This document shows positions 1-13,589 of a DNA stretch of 64,000 nt, piece after piece. Position 1 is the first letter of the stretch, and every line of letters begins with the position of its first letter. A model generated the notes under the pieces. The model made no database searches. It was not told the origin of the DNA and saw only the letters and a list, made by a program, of their open reading frames with translations. The stretch lies in the NCBI GenBank assembly GCA_013239625.1, contig MU056000.1, positions 15,094,851 to 15,158,850 on the forward strand, in the 5' to 3' direction. Position numbers and translations under genes: made by a program. The DNA comes from Lama guanicoe (lineage: Eukaryota).

Positions 1-559
1 CTAAGTACTTTGTCAAAAATTCACATTGATTTTGTAGGTATATCATAGCAGGAACACTAAGAAGGTATGATTTGCTTCAGAATGGCTGGTGTGTAGTCTG
101 CATTCACGTCATATCTTTGATGTTGCATGCATTGTTATTCCAAAATCACCTGGTAAGAACAGAATTATCTCTTTTGGACCACAAGCTATTGATTTTGAAG
201 CTAAGCTTCTCAAATTCTCACTCATCAGGAACTTCAGAGAGAGAGAGACAGAGATAACGACATACACACGTATTTCTCAAGGTATTGAAGTGTTAAAGCA
301 TTATCTGTATAATGGACCATTTCCTACTCAGCAAGTGGGAATATAATCTATTATATCCATATTTTGAAAACCATTTGGAACTATATAGGTTGACTTGTTT
401 GTTAAGGGACTTAAAAATGAACAAAACCATTAAGCTAATCATTCCTGTTTGGGAAATCTGTTGGAGTAAGACATTCTTAAAAATGTTTGCTACAAGGAAA
501 TTTGTTCTAATGCTACCTATAATAAGCATAAATTAGAAATATAATTATCATAGTGCATT

Positions 560-752
560 ATTAATATTTATTGAGCACTTATGTGATTGACCATTGTCTA
601 TTCCTTGCCTTATTTAATCTTATCAACAATCTAATAAGTTAGGGCCAACTGATACATACATTTTGAAAATGAAGTAACTGAATCTCAGAAGGCTTGTGTA
701 AACTGAGCAAGTCTAGCACTTGAAACATGCTTTGAACACAAATCTGATGTTT
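560..752 (-). mobile_element. MIR SINE (degenerate)
   Basis: ttattgagcactt...atttaatct...cattttgaaaatgaagtaactgaatctcagaa...tttgaacacaaatctga follows the reverse complement of the MIR core. Confidence 0.75.
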
Positions 753-1544
753 TTAATATTTATGAGTTAGAGAACTCTAAAGTCATTTTGACTACACTGC
801 AAAAGTCTTTAATAATAAAGTTTACTGTAAAACAACAAATTAATATGTCTGCTTGTATTTTGTATGAATCTTGCTTTCTAACTAAAACATGCAAGAAATA
901 CTCACTGAGCTTTAAAATTAACCAATTCTTTGTCCGCAGCTTCATCAAGCAGTGTGTGTAATGAACTTACTCTCAGTGGTTCTTGAGATTTCCCTCTACC
1001 TCCAGGCAGGGATGGATTTATGGGTGAGACACGTGTGCGCTTCTGCAAGGTCAGAAAATCCTGCACTTGAGGTTGAATGCTTCGCAGCTGCAGTCTTGAA
1101 ATTCTTAGTAATGTTATTTTTTGAATTTGCATTTTGTAAGTGAATTCTGATAAAAAAAAAAATGGAGCACGTGTTGGGGATTTGAACACTGAACTCTCGA
1201 GGTCCTCACTGCCTGGGGGTTTGTGCCACACAGGTCCCCAGTCTCACTGCCTTTGCCCAGTAACCTCTGCCCCCTCCACTCCTTCTGTGTGTCGGCATCG
1301 GGATGGTGAACGGCAGTGGCAGGCCTTGCCCCAGGCTGGCAGTGCCAGGGTGGTCTGGTGGATGACTGGGTTGAACCTCTTGCCAACTCCTGCTCCAGGA
1401 CTGAGAGCACTGGAACGTGAAGGTTCTGGGCTATTATGATGTGAGGAGAGACAATGTGGCCATAAAGCTGTGAATGGTGTGACTGCTGTAAAGATACCAG
1501 CAGCCACTGGCAAGGATCCGTGTTTCTCTAACATAGCACAAAGC

Positions 1545-1670
1545 ATAAGGCCGGAAATCTCCATGGAGGAAGAACACACACAGTGAAGAGAAAGGATCCC
1601 AGTTGTTAGTGATGCTAACAAAATAGATGGAGGGTGACGTTAGGTCCCGCAGCAAGCCCGCCCCCCATTT
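1545..1670. promoter_or_regulatory. Candidate promoter module (ETS-like, CRE-like and GC box)
   Basis: ccggaa 1551-1556, tgacgtta 1635-1642, gcccgccccc 1656-1665 at the edge of a GC-richer unique segment. Confidence 0.25.
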
Positions 1671-2249
1671 TATGACTGACCCCTTTTCACTATTTCCTTA
1701 TCCAAAAAAAGCAGATTTTATCTTTAATATCTCATGCTCCTTTTAGATTTATCACTGTATAATTATGCCTTTTTTTTAAAGCATATTAATAGGAAGAGAG
1801 AATGAGGTTAATTTCAGTTTGCCTTTTCTGAAATTTCATTTTAGACACAATGACTAGCTAACTATATACATCTTTATTAACAAAAACTGCTTGACCTCTT
1901 CTATTTGCTTTCACGTTTCCATGCACTCTGCACTCTGTAATACTTACTATGCAAACTTTATTTGTGCTGTACTTACCACAAAGTCTTACTCTGAGGTCAA
2001 AAAATTCTTGTTGACTTGTAACTTTTCAAAATTGCATTAGATTCTCTTTTTCTCTCTCCATCTCCTCCTTTCTCCAAATTAATTTACTATTACTTATTTA
2101 TTTCTTTATTTAAATTAAGATTTTATTTTTCCTATTCCTTCCTTTTCTTTCTACTTGCAGTCATAATCCTTATATTTTATCATTTTAAGGTATTGTCCAA
2201 ACACATACACACACACGCACACACAGAGACAGTCTTTAATTCTAATAGA

Positions 2250-3555
2250 AAGGGCTTGAGCAGGAGAGAACACTGGCAGGGACCAGTTTAATTCAGATAT
2301 GTCTGTTACATATTCAAGTGGAAAAGAATAAGCTCTTAGATAAAAGAAAAAAAATTGTCTGGAATTTAGAGGAGGCAATGGAGTTAAGATAGAAATGGAA
2401 GGCCTCAGAAAATATTTTCAGACACCCCAGAAGCTGGATTATATTCTTATAGGGAGAACGTAGATAAAGAGGAGAGAACTTAGGATACAGCTCGATGGTA
2501 GCCCTCAGTTAAGCATGTGGCAGAGTGGAGGAACTCAGAGGAGTAAAACAGTATTCAGTATTGAAGTTGGGGTGGGGAGGGACAAGTAAAAAAAAGCCAC
2601 AATATCAAAAATAAACACAAAAAAATCATAGGTCAGTGAGCATTAATGAAAACTGGAGAAAAAAATGTTTTAAGAAAAATAGGCTGACCAGCGATGTCAA
2701 ACGCCCTGTGATATCAAGGAGAAGGGAGACAGAGTAAGGATTGCAGATGGTGGCAAAATGTTAATTAGTTGTGAGCTGGGTAAGTGTTATTTCAGTGCTA
2801 TGTGGGCCAAAGCTGGGGTTGCTGGGACAGAGAAGAGGTGATGGGTAAAGGGAAATAGTATGTTTACACAGTTCTTACTATTCATTTTGTTGTGGAAAGT
2901 AGCAGAAAAATGAGGTAACGGCCAGAAATCTGTGTGCATTGAGCAGATGGTTGTTCATCTTTATTTTGCTATTTAAGATGGGATATTACATATGTAAATA
3001 CTATGATGGGCAAAGAAAAGTAATGACTGCAAGAGTGAGGTCCTTCTACAGGTAAGAAGGGATGAACCCCAGAGCACAGGTGGAACGGCTGGGCTTAAAC
3101 GTGGATGAGCTCCCTTTCCTGAGTCACAGCAGATGTGGCCAAGTGTATGTGGGCTCAGATCTTTCTAGGCTGGATGCACACATTCTGTGCCTGCCCTGTC
3201 TGTGAACTGTGGAGTGAGGTAATCAACTGAACATGGCGAGTGAAACATTCCTCTGGGGAATAAAAAATGTAACAATCAGAAGAATTGTCAGGGAATTGTC
3301 TGAGCTTATGGAGTTCAAATTTGAAAATGCTGTCATAAATTTGAAATGAATCCAGTCATCACAGTTTCTCTGGCAATAATCAGCAACCCAGGTGTAGATT
3401 CATAAAATGGACAGCTAGGTCTGCCCGCCGTCCATGTTTTGCCAGAGAACAACAGAAGGATGAAGAGTCAGAGGGAATAAGGGATGAGCAAAATCAGTAT
3501 TTGGGGGCCTCCCTGATGCAACCTGGGCCAGGGAATAAGATGAAAATATAATGGG
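2250..3555 (-). mobile_element. L2 LINE, left part of a long fragmented copy
   Basis: Purine-rich plus strand with antisense-L2 phrases (gatatgtctgttacatattcaagtgga; gttatttcagtgctatgtgggccaaagctgg; gttttgccagaga); continues after the LTR insertions. Confidence 0.75.
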
Positions 3556-4043
3556 GTGTCCAGGCTCCTTCCCACATCCCAGTTCTGAGGTGACCTGGAG
3601 ATGCCGTGAGCAAGTGCATTCATGCTGACAGCCTCCGGCTCCACACGCCGCTGGTCCTCAGCTCACTTGTCTCAAGACTCTCTCTAATACTTCAAAGGTT
3701 GGCTCAACTTACCTTCAGCACAGTCTGCTAGCAACCGACAAGAATTTAACCCCCTGCAATGTAAACCTTAACCGATGAGAGTGTGGAGTCATTGGGTAAA
3801 TTCACTTTCTACATCCCTCCGTGGAAAATTCTGACGTGTGCTTTACCCAGTTCCACAGAGAGTCCCCAGTAAAACGGTGCTCCATTTGTCCATTGTAAGT
3901 AGCTCACTATTAGACGTTTCATTGGCTTTTCTCCCTTCCCTGATTCACTTTCCCCACATCCTCAATTGTTTTTGGAATCACCTCCGAAACAATCTACATG
4001 CAGCCAAGAGCTTGCCTCGGGGTTTCCTTTAAGGAAGCCAGAG
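3556..4043 (+). mobile_element. ERVL solo LTR, LTR16-like, inserted in L2
   Basis: 3' end ggaatcacctccgaaacaatctacatgcagccaagagcttgcctcggggtttcctttaaggaagcc resembles the LTR16 terminus; L2 sequence on both sides. Confidence 0.7.
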
Positions 4044-4360
4044 GGTGGTGATGAAAACTGACGTGTTCGAAACAATGAGTTAGAAGTACTGTTGGACTGA
4101 AAAGCTGATTAACTTGTTGTACTCAATCGTGTAGCCAGGAAAGGTGGGAAGTGATGTTTGAAGAATGAGAAGTAGGAAAACAAGATTTTAGAGGTGGTGA
4201 AATGCCAAAGTTGTACCTAGACGGTTTGAAATACAAAGAGATGGGTATTTTGCTGAGGTGTGGCTGGGAAACCTGGTGAGAAATATTAGTCAGAGTATCT
4301 GTCTGGATGCTGAAGCTGCTAAGAACATAGCAGGGGTTGAATGATCTAATTTAAGTGAAG
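4044..4360 (-). mobile_element. L2 LINE continuation
   Basis: ggaaaggtgggaagtgatgtttgaag...caagattttagaggtggtg continues antisense L2 ORF2. Confidence 0.6.
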
Positions 4361-4361
4361 G

Positions 4362-4790
4362 AAGTATGGAAAATTTCATCACTGACCCCCATTCTTCTCC
4401 ATTCCCTGTATCCAAGCTCTTTGTCAGATGATCGGCCTTCTGACAAAAGGGGCCGAGTGCACTTCCTACCTCTAACTCTGGCTTTGGCCTTGGAACTTGG
4501 TTTGATCAATAGGAGGAAAAAGTGATGTTGTGCCAGTCTTGAGTCTAAATCTCAGGAGTCCACACATGTTTTTATTTGCCCACTGCACTTCTGCCATTGC
4601 CATGAGAAGAACATGCCCAGGTCAGCCTGCTGTTCTCAGAAGCAGGAGAGACACTCAGAGCTCCAGTCCGACATCTTGCTTTAAAGCAAAGCCTCCAGCC
4701 ATCCCACAGGCACATGTGTGAGCCCAGCTTACATCAGGGACCCAGCAGACCTATAGGTGCATAAACTACAATAATAAATGATCCTTTTTT
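4362..4790 (+). mobile_element. MaLR LTR (MLT1H/I/J-like)
   Basis: ggccttggaacttggtttgatcaatagg...tgtgccagtcttgagtcta...ctgccattgccatgagaagaacatgcccagg...aataaatg. Confidence 0.8.
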
Positions 4791-4799
4791 GAAAAAAAA

Positions 4800-5290
4800 G
4801 AAGAGGAAGAAGAACATGGTGGCAGGGGTTTGGTGATTAGGGTGCAGAGCTAAAATCGTAATTAGAAGGTGCAAATGAGAAGGAAATTCCTAGAAAATTT
4901 AGGCTGATGACATTTGATTCAGAGGTGATAGGACACATGAAGTGAGAAGAAAGAGAAACTCTGAAAGCTACAAGAGAAACGAAGGACACCCAATGCAACG
5001 TCGAACTCCAAGTTATTTGGATATGAGCTTAAAAACATGCTTGCACTGTGAATGCTGCTAGAGATGAGTGGCTTCTGGAGGCAAGAGAATTCCTAGAGAA
5101 TATTCAAGATACTCAGATACTATTACCTGCCCCCAGTAAGAGGCTGACTGACCCGCAGCCCACTGTCAGGACTGAAGCCCCAGTACTGTCAGTATGGGGC
5201 TCTACAGGGGCATGGGGGATGCCTGGATGTGAGATAAGATGTAAAGACCCCAAAGCCATTGGTCTTTTCAATAGGAATTAGCAAAAACTA
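4800..5290 (-). mobile_element. L2 LINE continuation (more 5' part)
   Basis: Purine-rich, colinear with the upstream L2 pieces (ctctgaaagctacaagaga; gaaggacaccca; ggcttctggagg). Confidence 0.45.
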
Positions 5291-5799
5291 TATAGGAGTT
5301 CCAAACAGCAGACTGTTCACAATAGGAATATAGCTTTCGGTTTATTTTGCAAAAGAAATTGAGGTCAAACCAATCATCTTTACTGTGCTACTAATGTGTT
5401 GTGACTCTGGGCTAGATTCTTAATTTTTCGTTTTCTTGCTTTAATTTCTTCAACTTGAAAAATATAGATGTATATCATTGTGAGTTAATTAGTTAGTTTT
5501 CCTTAAATGTAGAACATTATTAAATGTAGTCAGAAGCCCTAATTACTCACGTTGACAGAAGGGCAATTTCGGGCTAGAGGACATTGTGTTCATGATAAGA
5601 GTGGCAAGTGCCCTTTAACTTCTTAATTTCATATAAGTATCTTGTCTTCATTAGCAAAGATGTCTCCTGCTTTGATGCCTATAAACTGAATAGATCCTTT
5701 TAGCTGATGACACTGGAATCAGCCAAGAAGATATTTGTTAATGTTCTCTATGTAACTTGATGTAATTAATCCCATGATAATAGACAAAGTAATGTAGCA

Positions 5800-5960
5800 A
5801 ATAGTGCTTATGATCTAGGGTCAAAATAAATAAATATAGTGCTCCATAATTGTGTAACCTGGTGCTAATCACTTACATGCTCTGAAATTCAAGTTTCTAA
5901 TGGCTGAAATGTGTGTAATCATTTTTCATTCAAGGTAGCTATCAGGCTTCAGTTATATCT
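5800..5960 (+). mobile_element. MIR fragment
   Basis: tgtgtaacctggtgctaatcacttacatgctctgaaattcaagtttcta matches the MIR core. Confidence 0.5.
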
Positions 5961-6327
5961 TAAAATATTTAAAAATATTTTTGACCTGCAGATGAAAAAA
6001 CGAGCATCGTTACGGTGTGCTTGTTCTATTTTTCCAATCAAACAGAAGAAACAGATCACTGTTCTTTCTGCGATTCAAGAAGATCATTGCTGTGCTTTCT
6101 TCCCTGCACCTTAATTTTCTGAAAATTTTCATTTCTGTTATAGAAAGAAAGGCTGCTTTATTAAATGCATTTGTTCGTCCATTAATTCAATGATCAATTA
6201 TTCAATTCTTTAAAACAAACACTGATCATGGGGTAAAGAAAAAATTATGAAAGGCATGTACAGAAACAACAATAATACAGTGTGCTATTTAAGACAGAGA
6301 AGTACAAGAAAATTTATCTCAGAAGAT

Positions 6328-6870
6328 TGTGTTAATGTCTTGAATAACAAATTGTTGTGTAATAAATTTCTACAATCGTAGCAGATTGAAAATATGCACA
6401 TATCTCATAATTTCTGTAGGTCAGGAGTCCGGGCCTGACTTAGCTGGATTTTCTACTGCGGATCTCACAAACTTGCCACCAAGGTATAGGTTAGTCTGTG
6501 TTCTTGTTTGGATGTTCAGCTGGGAAACGGCCTACTTCGAAACTCATTCAGGTCATTCACTTCCTGCTGGCTGTGTGACTGAGGGTCTTGGTTTTCTGTT
6601 GACTGTCAGTTGGAGGGTTTCCACAGTTCCTAGCGGCCACTTGCCATTCTTTGTCATTTGGGTTTCTCCCACGTGGCCACTTACTTTATCAAGACAGCAA
6701 AGAGGCTTGTCACCCTAGAGAAGGCCAGTCCTTCTGTTAGGAGCTTTGATCTGATTGTCAGGTCCACCCACAATCATTTCCTTTTTGATTTTCTCAAAAT
6801 CGGCTGACTCGCAAACTTAATTAATTACATCAATAAAATTTCTTCATTTTGCCATATTTCCATTGTTCAG
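6328..6870 (-). mobile_element. MaLR LTR (MLT1E/F/G-like)
   Basis: tctcataatttctgtaggtcaggagtccgggcctgacttagctgg...ctgtgtgactgagggtc...caggtccacccac is antisense MLT1. Confidence 0.85.
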
Positions 6871-6885
6871 CTCTTTGTATTATTA

Positions 6886-6910
6886 TTGTTGTTGTTGTTG
6901 TTGTTGTTGT
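6886..6910. repeat. (TTG)n microsatellite
   Basis: About 8 perfect TTG units. Confidence 0.95.
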
Positions 6911-6924
6911 AATTATTCCAGCCG

Positions 6925-7235
6925 GCTTCGGGTGCTAGAACAGTTAAGAAAAGGGTTAGATAAATCAGGGTTGAGGGTCTGCAGGTAAATAAAATGAAGA
7001 GAGATAAAAGATAAGAGCAGAGGGTTTGCAGAGATGTATGAGAGATGATTATCCTGGATCATGGAGTCATAGTTTAAAGGAAAGAGAGAGAACATGGGGC
7101 TGGAGGTGAGGAGCAGTGAAGGATAAAGTGTTGTGATGTGTGGTGCTACAGAAAGACACTTAGAAAGATAGAAGGTGAGAGATAGAAATGTGGACGCAGA
7201 AATGTGGTTGCTAGGAATGGTGGAAGTACAATCTG
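6925..7235 (-). mobile_element. L2 ORF2 fragment
   Basis: gggttagataaatcagggttgagggtctgcagg...gattatcctggatcatggagtc...gaaagatagaaggtg matches antisense L2 ORF2. Confidence 0.75.
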
Positions 7236-8719
7236 AGCTCCGTTGTTGAGGCCCCCACTTCCACTCCAGCCCGATGCAGACGAAGTTCTTTACATGTGTA
7301 CGTGGTGGCACCAAAGTACCAGGAGGATGCATTCCCAACAACTCTGTTGCTTCTGGGTCATGTTCAGGAACTCGGTCTCTACAGATGCTCCTGGGCATGG
7401 ATCCAGCCTCCACATTGCTGAGTTCAAGCCTTTCCCATAAGCCCAAGCCCATCCCTAGCCTCCCCACCAGCCAGCTGGTGGAGGTCATCTCGTGGCTTCC
7501 ACAGTCCTCAGGTTCTTCCAGTCTGTTTTCATCCTTAGGGGAAACCAACCAATTTTTGGCTTGCCTTTCCCAAGTTATCATCCTCTTTATTTCTAATGTG
7601 GAACACCTACCTATTTATTCAGTTTGAGATTTTATAAAATACTGGAAAAGTCTTTCACCTTAAGCAGCTTCTTTCTGGTTTTCTATAACAAATGTCCATT
7701 GAGCAAGAAAACAGAAAACCATTATCTGATTGAAATTGTAGAAGCAAATATACATAGAAAAAAAGTGTCCCTGAATCCTGTCCCATTTCCATACGTATTC
7801 CTGATCAGCACCATCTGTATTTGTGGGTGAAGTAGTCTGTTGTGATATTACATGCCCTGAAAAGATTTTCAAAAAAGACTTCTGAATGCCTTGTCAAAAA
7901 TGACTGTAGTTTCACTATTAATTGTCCATTCCTTTGGGCTAACATGGAGTTCCTACTGAAATGCAAACATTCTTAGAGAAAGTAGCACTGCTATTACCAG
8001 TTACTATGCCTCAATGTAAATTAGTTTGTCAACTTTGAGAGTATGACCACTGACAGCCAGTAGACTGCATCTCATTAAGATTGGTTGTAAGATGTGTTTT
8101 TGCTAGAGGGAGGGGGCGAGGAAGTTTCTGAGCCTAATTGATATTCTCAGCCTAATTCACAGTGTGGTCTTGGGAGCTGTTCCTACCTCTGGAATAGAAG
8201 TAGCCAGAAAGTGAAGCATTGCAGAAATACTTCCTTCCTTCATTTATTTTCGAGTTATAATCTCAATATCCAAAAACAAAAGGCTGTATAATGTATTTCA
8301 AGTTTTTCTTTATTAATAAGATCAATATAGAATTAATAAAAGCAAATTAAAAGTGAACCTGTAAAGGGAACAATCATTTGTTTGACATGAGTAAACAGTT
8401 TGGCTTTTCATATAAAATATTTTTACAAAAGAAAATTATGCTGAGTGGCACTCAGGGTAATTCATTTTTCAGATGCAACAGCTTCAAACTATCTATGTTT
8501 CTTGGGAAAAAAAGATTACTACTAGTAATCTGTTTTAATTTTATGATCCAGGGCCCAGTTACAGGTATTACAAAAGCTATTCAGCAGGGCGACACTTTGC
8601 TCTCTGTCCTCTCAACAACTCCTGGTTGGAGAAACAAGAGCACAGATGGTAGGAAATTTGTAGCTGCTGTGCTTTTTAACATCATTATGGTGCAGTTGAC
8701 AAGGCTGCAAGAGACTAGC

Positions 8720-9095
8720 TTATAGGCTTTGAGAGTCAGGCAAAGGGTTTGAACCTACACTGTAAAATCCTTTAGCCTGCCCTCTTTACAAAGTCTGGCA
8801 AATCATTTATTTCACTAGGTTAATAGAGAGCCATATAGTAACGGGAAATTGATATCCTATGGGTAAAGATTTAGTAAGCGTCTAGTGCAGTCTAGGGCAT
8901 TGTAGTACTAACTTCCAGCTCTTCCTTCCCCGTGTCTGGTCCTGGAGTGGGTGAGGTGCACATCTATCCATAGTTTCTCATTCTTATGAATTGTAAGATC
9001 CTTGAAATTGAAGGCATGACTTGGTAAAACTTTTTCTTTTCAAGGAGCAGGCACACAGAATATGAGTGTTGATAACATTTCATGATTAAATTCAT
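8720..9095 (+). mobile_element. Degenerate MIR followed by an L2 3' end
   Basis: ggctttgagagtcaggcaaagggtttgaacc (MIR head); gaattgtaagatccttgaa...aggcacacagaa (L2 tail). Confidence 0.5.
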
Positions 9096-10424
9096 GTTTC
9101 TCTAATTCAAGCACTGAGTTTCTCCTTAGCTTTACACTAAGAAGACCTGACCACTCACAAGATTCGGTAAAGAACTCACTTCCTTGATTACTTGTTTATT
9201 TGCATGCTGCTTTGTACCTGATATTAGCATGAACATAGCTAAATGTAATTGTGCTGGGTGTGTCTGTACACGTGTGGACGAATGAAAGAGAAAGGGTATT
9301 GCTAGCAAAGGATGCTGACAGCTGGGGGAAATGCAAGAGGTCCTACGGACAACCTCTATTATTAGTAGTGGAGCTGAGGAAGCTCTGCATTCCAGTGATG
9401 TTTGTTTTTGTTCTGTTTTCTATCCTCAGAATTATGTCTCTGAGCAGCAACCCTCTGACTGGTTATGTATTAATTATTAATTATCTACTAATTATCAATT
9501 ATCAATTATTAATGCAAACTCTCTATATGTTTAGTAAAATTTACTTATATTTTGTTAAACATCTTTTACATTATTTATTAAAAATGTTGTGTAATCTTGT
9601 AAAAAATATTAGCAAAGGTTTACATGATGATCTATTTTTTTTTTCTTGATCCTAAATATATCTTAGACTTTTGGAAGAAAGGACCATTTTAATGTATGCA
9701 ATTTTCCTAAACTGTATATGTGAGAATTCATATGAAAAGGTCAGGCTTGCCAAAATTGTTAGATACATAAATACATACTAGTGAAGATATTGAATGATGA
9801 TTCAGAATGATAGTTCAAATTGGAACCATGAATGGAGGAATAGGGAGAAGGGCTAGTTAGAGAAATATTAAGTTTTTCTAAAGGGATCTGGGAAACAGTA
9901 CCTTTTAAACATGGCGCACATGAGAGTCACATGAAAAGGGATTGTAATAAAGGGGTTTTGATTTTTCAAGTCTAATTCAGGATTACAAACCAACACTGGA
10001 ATCATCTGTGAACCACACCTAATCCTTGCTTTTGTTCAACTTACTGTATCTAACTCTGAGAAGCAGATTTTGGAGGGACAAAGGAAAAGAAGTTTGCAAT
10101 ACCAAACTGTGAAGTAAACCCTGCTGCGTTCTCCTCTTTGAGTTTCCTGTGTACTTGTGGAGTATAATTCAAAGCATTTCATATAATCTGCACATCAAAT
10201 AATTCACACTGAAATGTACTTATGGCATTAAAAATATCTCGCCAAAGGCTATTTTCCATAGAAAGGAGTGAATGTGTGCTCCCAAACTTACAACTTAAAG
10301 TAAGAACCTTTTAAAATCCTTTGAATATTGGATGTGACCCGTGTATAAACTAGATAGTCTCCTATTCAAAGACATTTGAGGGTATTTCCTCAAATAGATA
10401 CACTTGTTTGGACTTACAATGTTT

Positions 10425-11145
10425 TGTCACTCCCTTCCTGAATTACAGCAATAGCCTCATAATTGGCTGACCAGACTTGACCCTTGTCCATCTCCCATGA
10501 CTTTTCTGTGTGGTAACCAGAATTATCATTAAAAAACAGAAGTTCAGTCTCTTACTCTTCTGCTAAAAACTTTGAATTAGCTCCCTGTTTTACTCTGAGT
10601 ATAAGCCAGACTCTTTAGAATGACTTACCATCCCCACGTGATTCCTCCTCCATCAGTTCTCAGACGTCTCCAGTTCCTCTCCCTCTAGTTCACCTTCTGC
10701 TTCCCCCGCTACACGAGCCTCACAGCTTTCTCCAAATGTGCCAGGCAAGTTCCACATGTAGGATTTTGCTCTGACTCTGAATGGGCCAGTTTCCCCCAAA
10801 TATCCTCCTGGGTGAACTCCTTCACCTCTTCAAATTTTGGCTCAAATATCATCAAAAGGAAGCCTACCCATTCCAGCCAAATAAAAGCATAATCCACCCC
10901 TAGGCCCCACCTACAATCAAAAACCCTTTCCTTTTTCTTTCATTCCATAAAGCTTATCACCTTTTAATGTAAAATATCATTTATGTGTTCATGTTCATCA
11001 TTATCTGCTGCCCCATCACCTCCAGAACTTAAGTTCCACAAAGGTAGACAACATCTTTGGTTCCTAAAGTATCTTTGGAACATGAAATAGAACCTGGCTC
11101 ATTGAAGGCTATCAATACATAATTTTTTAGGTTGAATTACATGAA
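10425..11145 (+). mobile_element. L2 LINE 3' part (L2a/b-like)
   Basis: aattacagcaatagcctcataattgg...ccaggcaagttccac...agaacttaagttccacaaaggtagac...gaacctggctcattgaaggctatcaata...gttgaattacatgaa. Confidence 0.85.
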
Positions 11146-13589
11146 AAGAGACAGAAACAAATCATGTTTTGGCCTAAATGTAAATGGTAGCATTAAATTG
11201 TTAATTGCCCTTGAAAACAATTGAACAAAATGGAACATTTTGTTCATTTGTTTTCTTTAAAAATCAGCATATTGTACAGAATTGAGAATTCACCTTGGAG
11301 CAATTTAGAATTTATGTGTTGTTTGAAGTTTGATTAAGCAATGTCTTTAAGTTCACCAAATCAATCACGCAAGCAGATCTAAGAATCTAAATCCAGACTT
11401 CCTTATGAAGTACATATTAAATGATCTTTGAAATTAAGCATTAATGATCATGAACAATGAAATAAGTTTCAAATGCTATATATCAGAAAGACCTTCATAA
11501 GAAAAAATGTCATTTGACTCATTTCAATAAGCATTATTAGGTTCAACAAATCAAGGATGATATAATTTAATTTTTCATATTAAAAGTTTGCAATTTTCAT
11601 CTAGTTTAATGTTCACAGGCTCTCATAATTTTTGTTCACTTGGTATTTTTTTAATTAAATCCGTAGGTTGTGTGGCTTTCCTTGTAAAGTAAAAATCTTC
11701 CTTGCATTTTTGCAAATAAAAGTTACCTACTGCAATCTTCAAATAACATATATCATGCATCTAATCCATCAACACATTGACAAATTTGCTGTTGAAACCA
11801 TAATGAGTTGTTCTCTTGGTTAAGTCTTAAACTATATGGAGTATTACATGTGAAAAACTGTAAGTAGTGATTTAGTAGAATGTTCTCACCTTCTTTTTTT
11901 CTGTCCTTTTTGTTTCATTATAATGATGAATTAAAATATAACTCTGAGCAAGATCCCACTGCAAAATCATCCCTTTCCCTTTTGAGAAATGGTCTTATGA
12001 GAGTGAAAATGTGAAATAATGAAAAGGTTAGAATATGTTTAAATTCATTCTTGTAAAGGTTACGATTGCATCTTTATTTGGGTCAAAATCAAATCATTGC
12101 TTCCAGTCTTCATCTGTTAGGCAGATTAGTGTCAGATACATACAACATAGCATTTGTTTCAACACTTAAGGATAATACGTTATTGTAAACCTTTAATCTT
12201 AATGACCTTCAAATGTACCTCACACTTGAATATTTATTTCTCTAAATGTCAACCCACCATTTAAACTATTGCCCATGTAAGACAAAAAAGCAGTCTATCT
12301 CGAGTCAGGAAATGTTTCTCATATGGCTATTTAAACATAGCAATCAGGATGTAAAAGGTTTGAAAATCAATTGCATGCTTTCAGATTCTATTCTGCAGCA
12401 CTGGATCGGAAGTATCAACCCACAAGCACAGGATATGGAAATCTCTTCAATAAATGTCACTGATATTTCATAGCATTTTTTGTTTCACTACCAAGAAGCA
12501 TCGAAGAAATGTTACTAGGATGTTAGTGTCAAATGTTTCTGCCTTTAAAGATCATTTTAAAATATATTTAATTCAGTTAAAACAAGTAAGAATTAGCACC
12601 TTAGTAAACCATCACCAATCTGAATAAGTAAGTACACCGAAGTCATCAACCCCACCGAGAGAACATTACACCCTTCCTGTGTCATTATCTCTGAAACCTG
12701 CTCTGTGCATTACGGTCACCTATGCACTTGAGACATTGGTATTCCAGGTTTACCATCAAAACATGATAATGAAAAGGGATTTCATCTTTTGAAATGTAAA
12801 AAAAAAATTAGATCTAATAATTGGCATGAAGAAATTGAAATCCCTGCACATGTCAATTAAAACTTTCCAATTTGAACAGAATATGTGCATGAGTCAAGAC
12901 AGTACATTCCAATTAAGTTTTTATTTGTTTGTTTTCTCAAATGACTATTAAGTTCTATATACTCAAATCTAAAATGTTGTTATCTTACAGTCTTATTAAA
13001 TAATACTCTATGATTCCTTATTAACTTTAAATGATTTTTAAATTTTAAAGCTAATTAATTTATTTTATTTTTATCTTGGAGGGACACTTGAAAAACTCAT
13101 CAAGTCTCAGAAAATCTTCACATTAAAAAAACACCTCTGTAGCATACCATACTTAAGAATGGTCAGTAGTTGTACATATAATAATCTGTAAATAATCTTC
13201 AATGATCTTTTAATTAGCCAATGTTTTCCTCTAGGTCTGTTTATTGTCACCAATGTATAAATCCTATTTTTATATTTGATTATCTCTTCTCTTCCTACAA
13301 AGGATATCAACTCTAATGGAAATTATTTGTGTAGGAAGAGGAAACTGAAGCCTCTTCCTTCTTTTTTATTTTTCATAAAAAAAGGTCTGCTTGATACTGC
13401 TTCTTTACTTAAGTAGGCCTGAATATAACAAATTACTACTATACAATATTCTAGTGAGGTCAGTATCTGGCATATAATATGTAACATATTAGGGTTTTTT
13501 TTCCCTAATGTATTTCAGTGGTTTAAGTTGAATAAAGGAAAGAAGACAAATACATCTTCCGGAAAATTAAATATATAAAAAAGAAGATA

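Noticed and set aside
81..152. Plus-strand 72-nt exon (ttcag|AAT...CTG|gtaaga)
   Set aside because: Short pyrimidine tract, no convincing partner exons on this strand and no recognisable peptide; consistent with chance
6913..7581. Longest ORF (222 aa, minus strand) as a gene
   Set aside because: Its C-terminal half is decayed L2 ORF2 sequence and the rest resembles no protein I know; most likely a chance frame spanning a repeat junction
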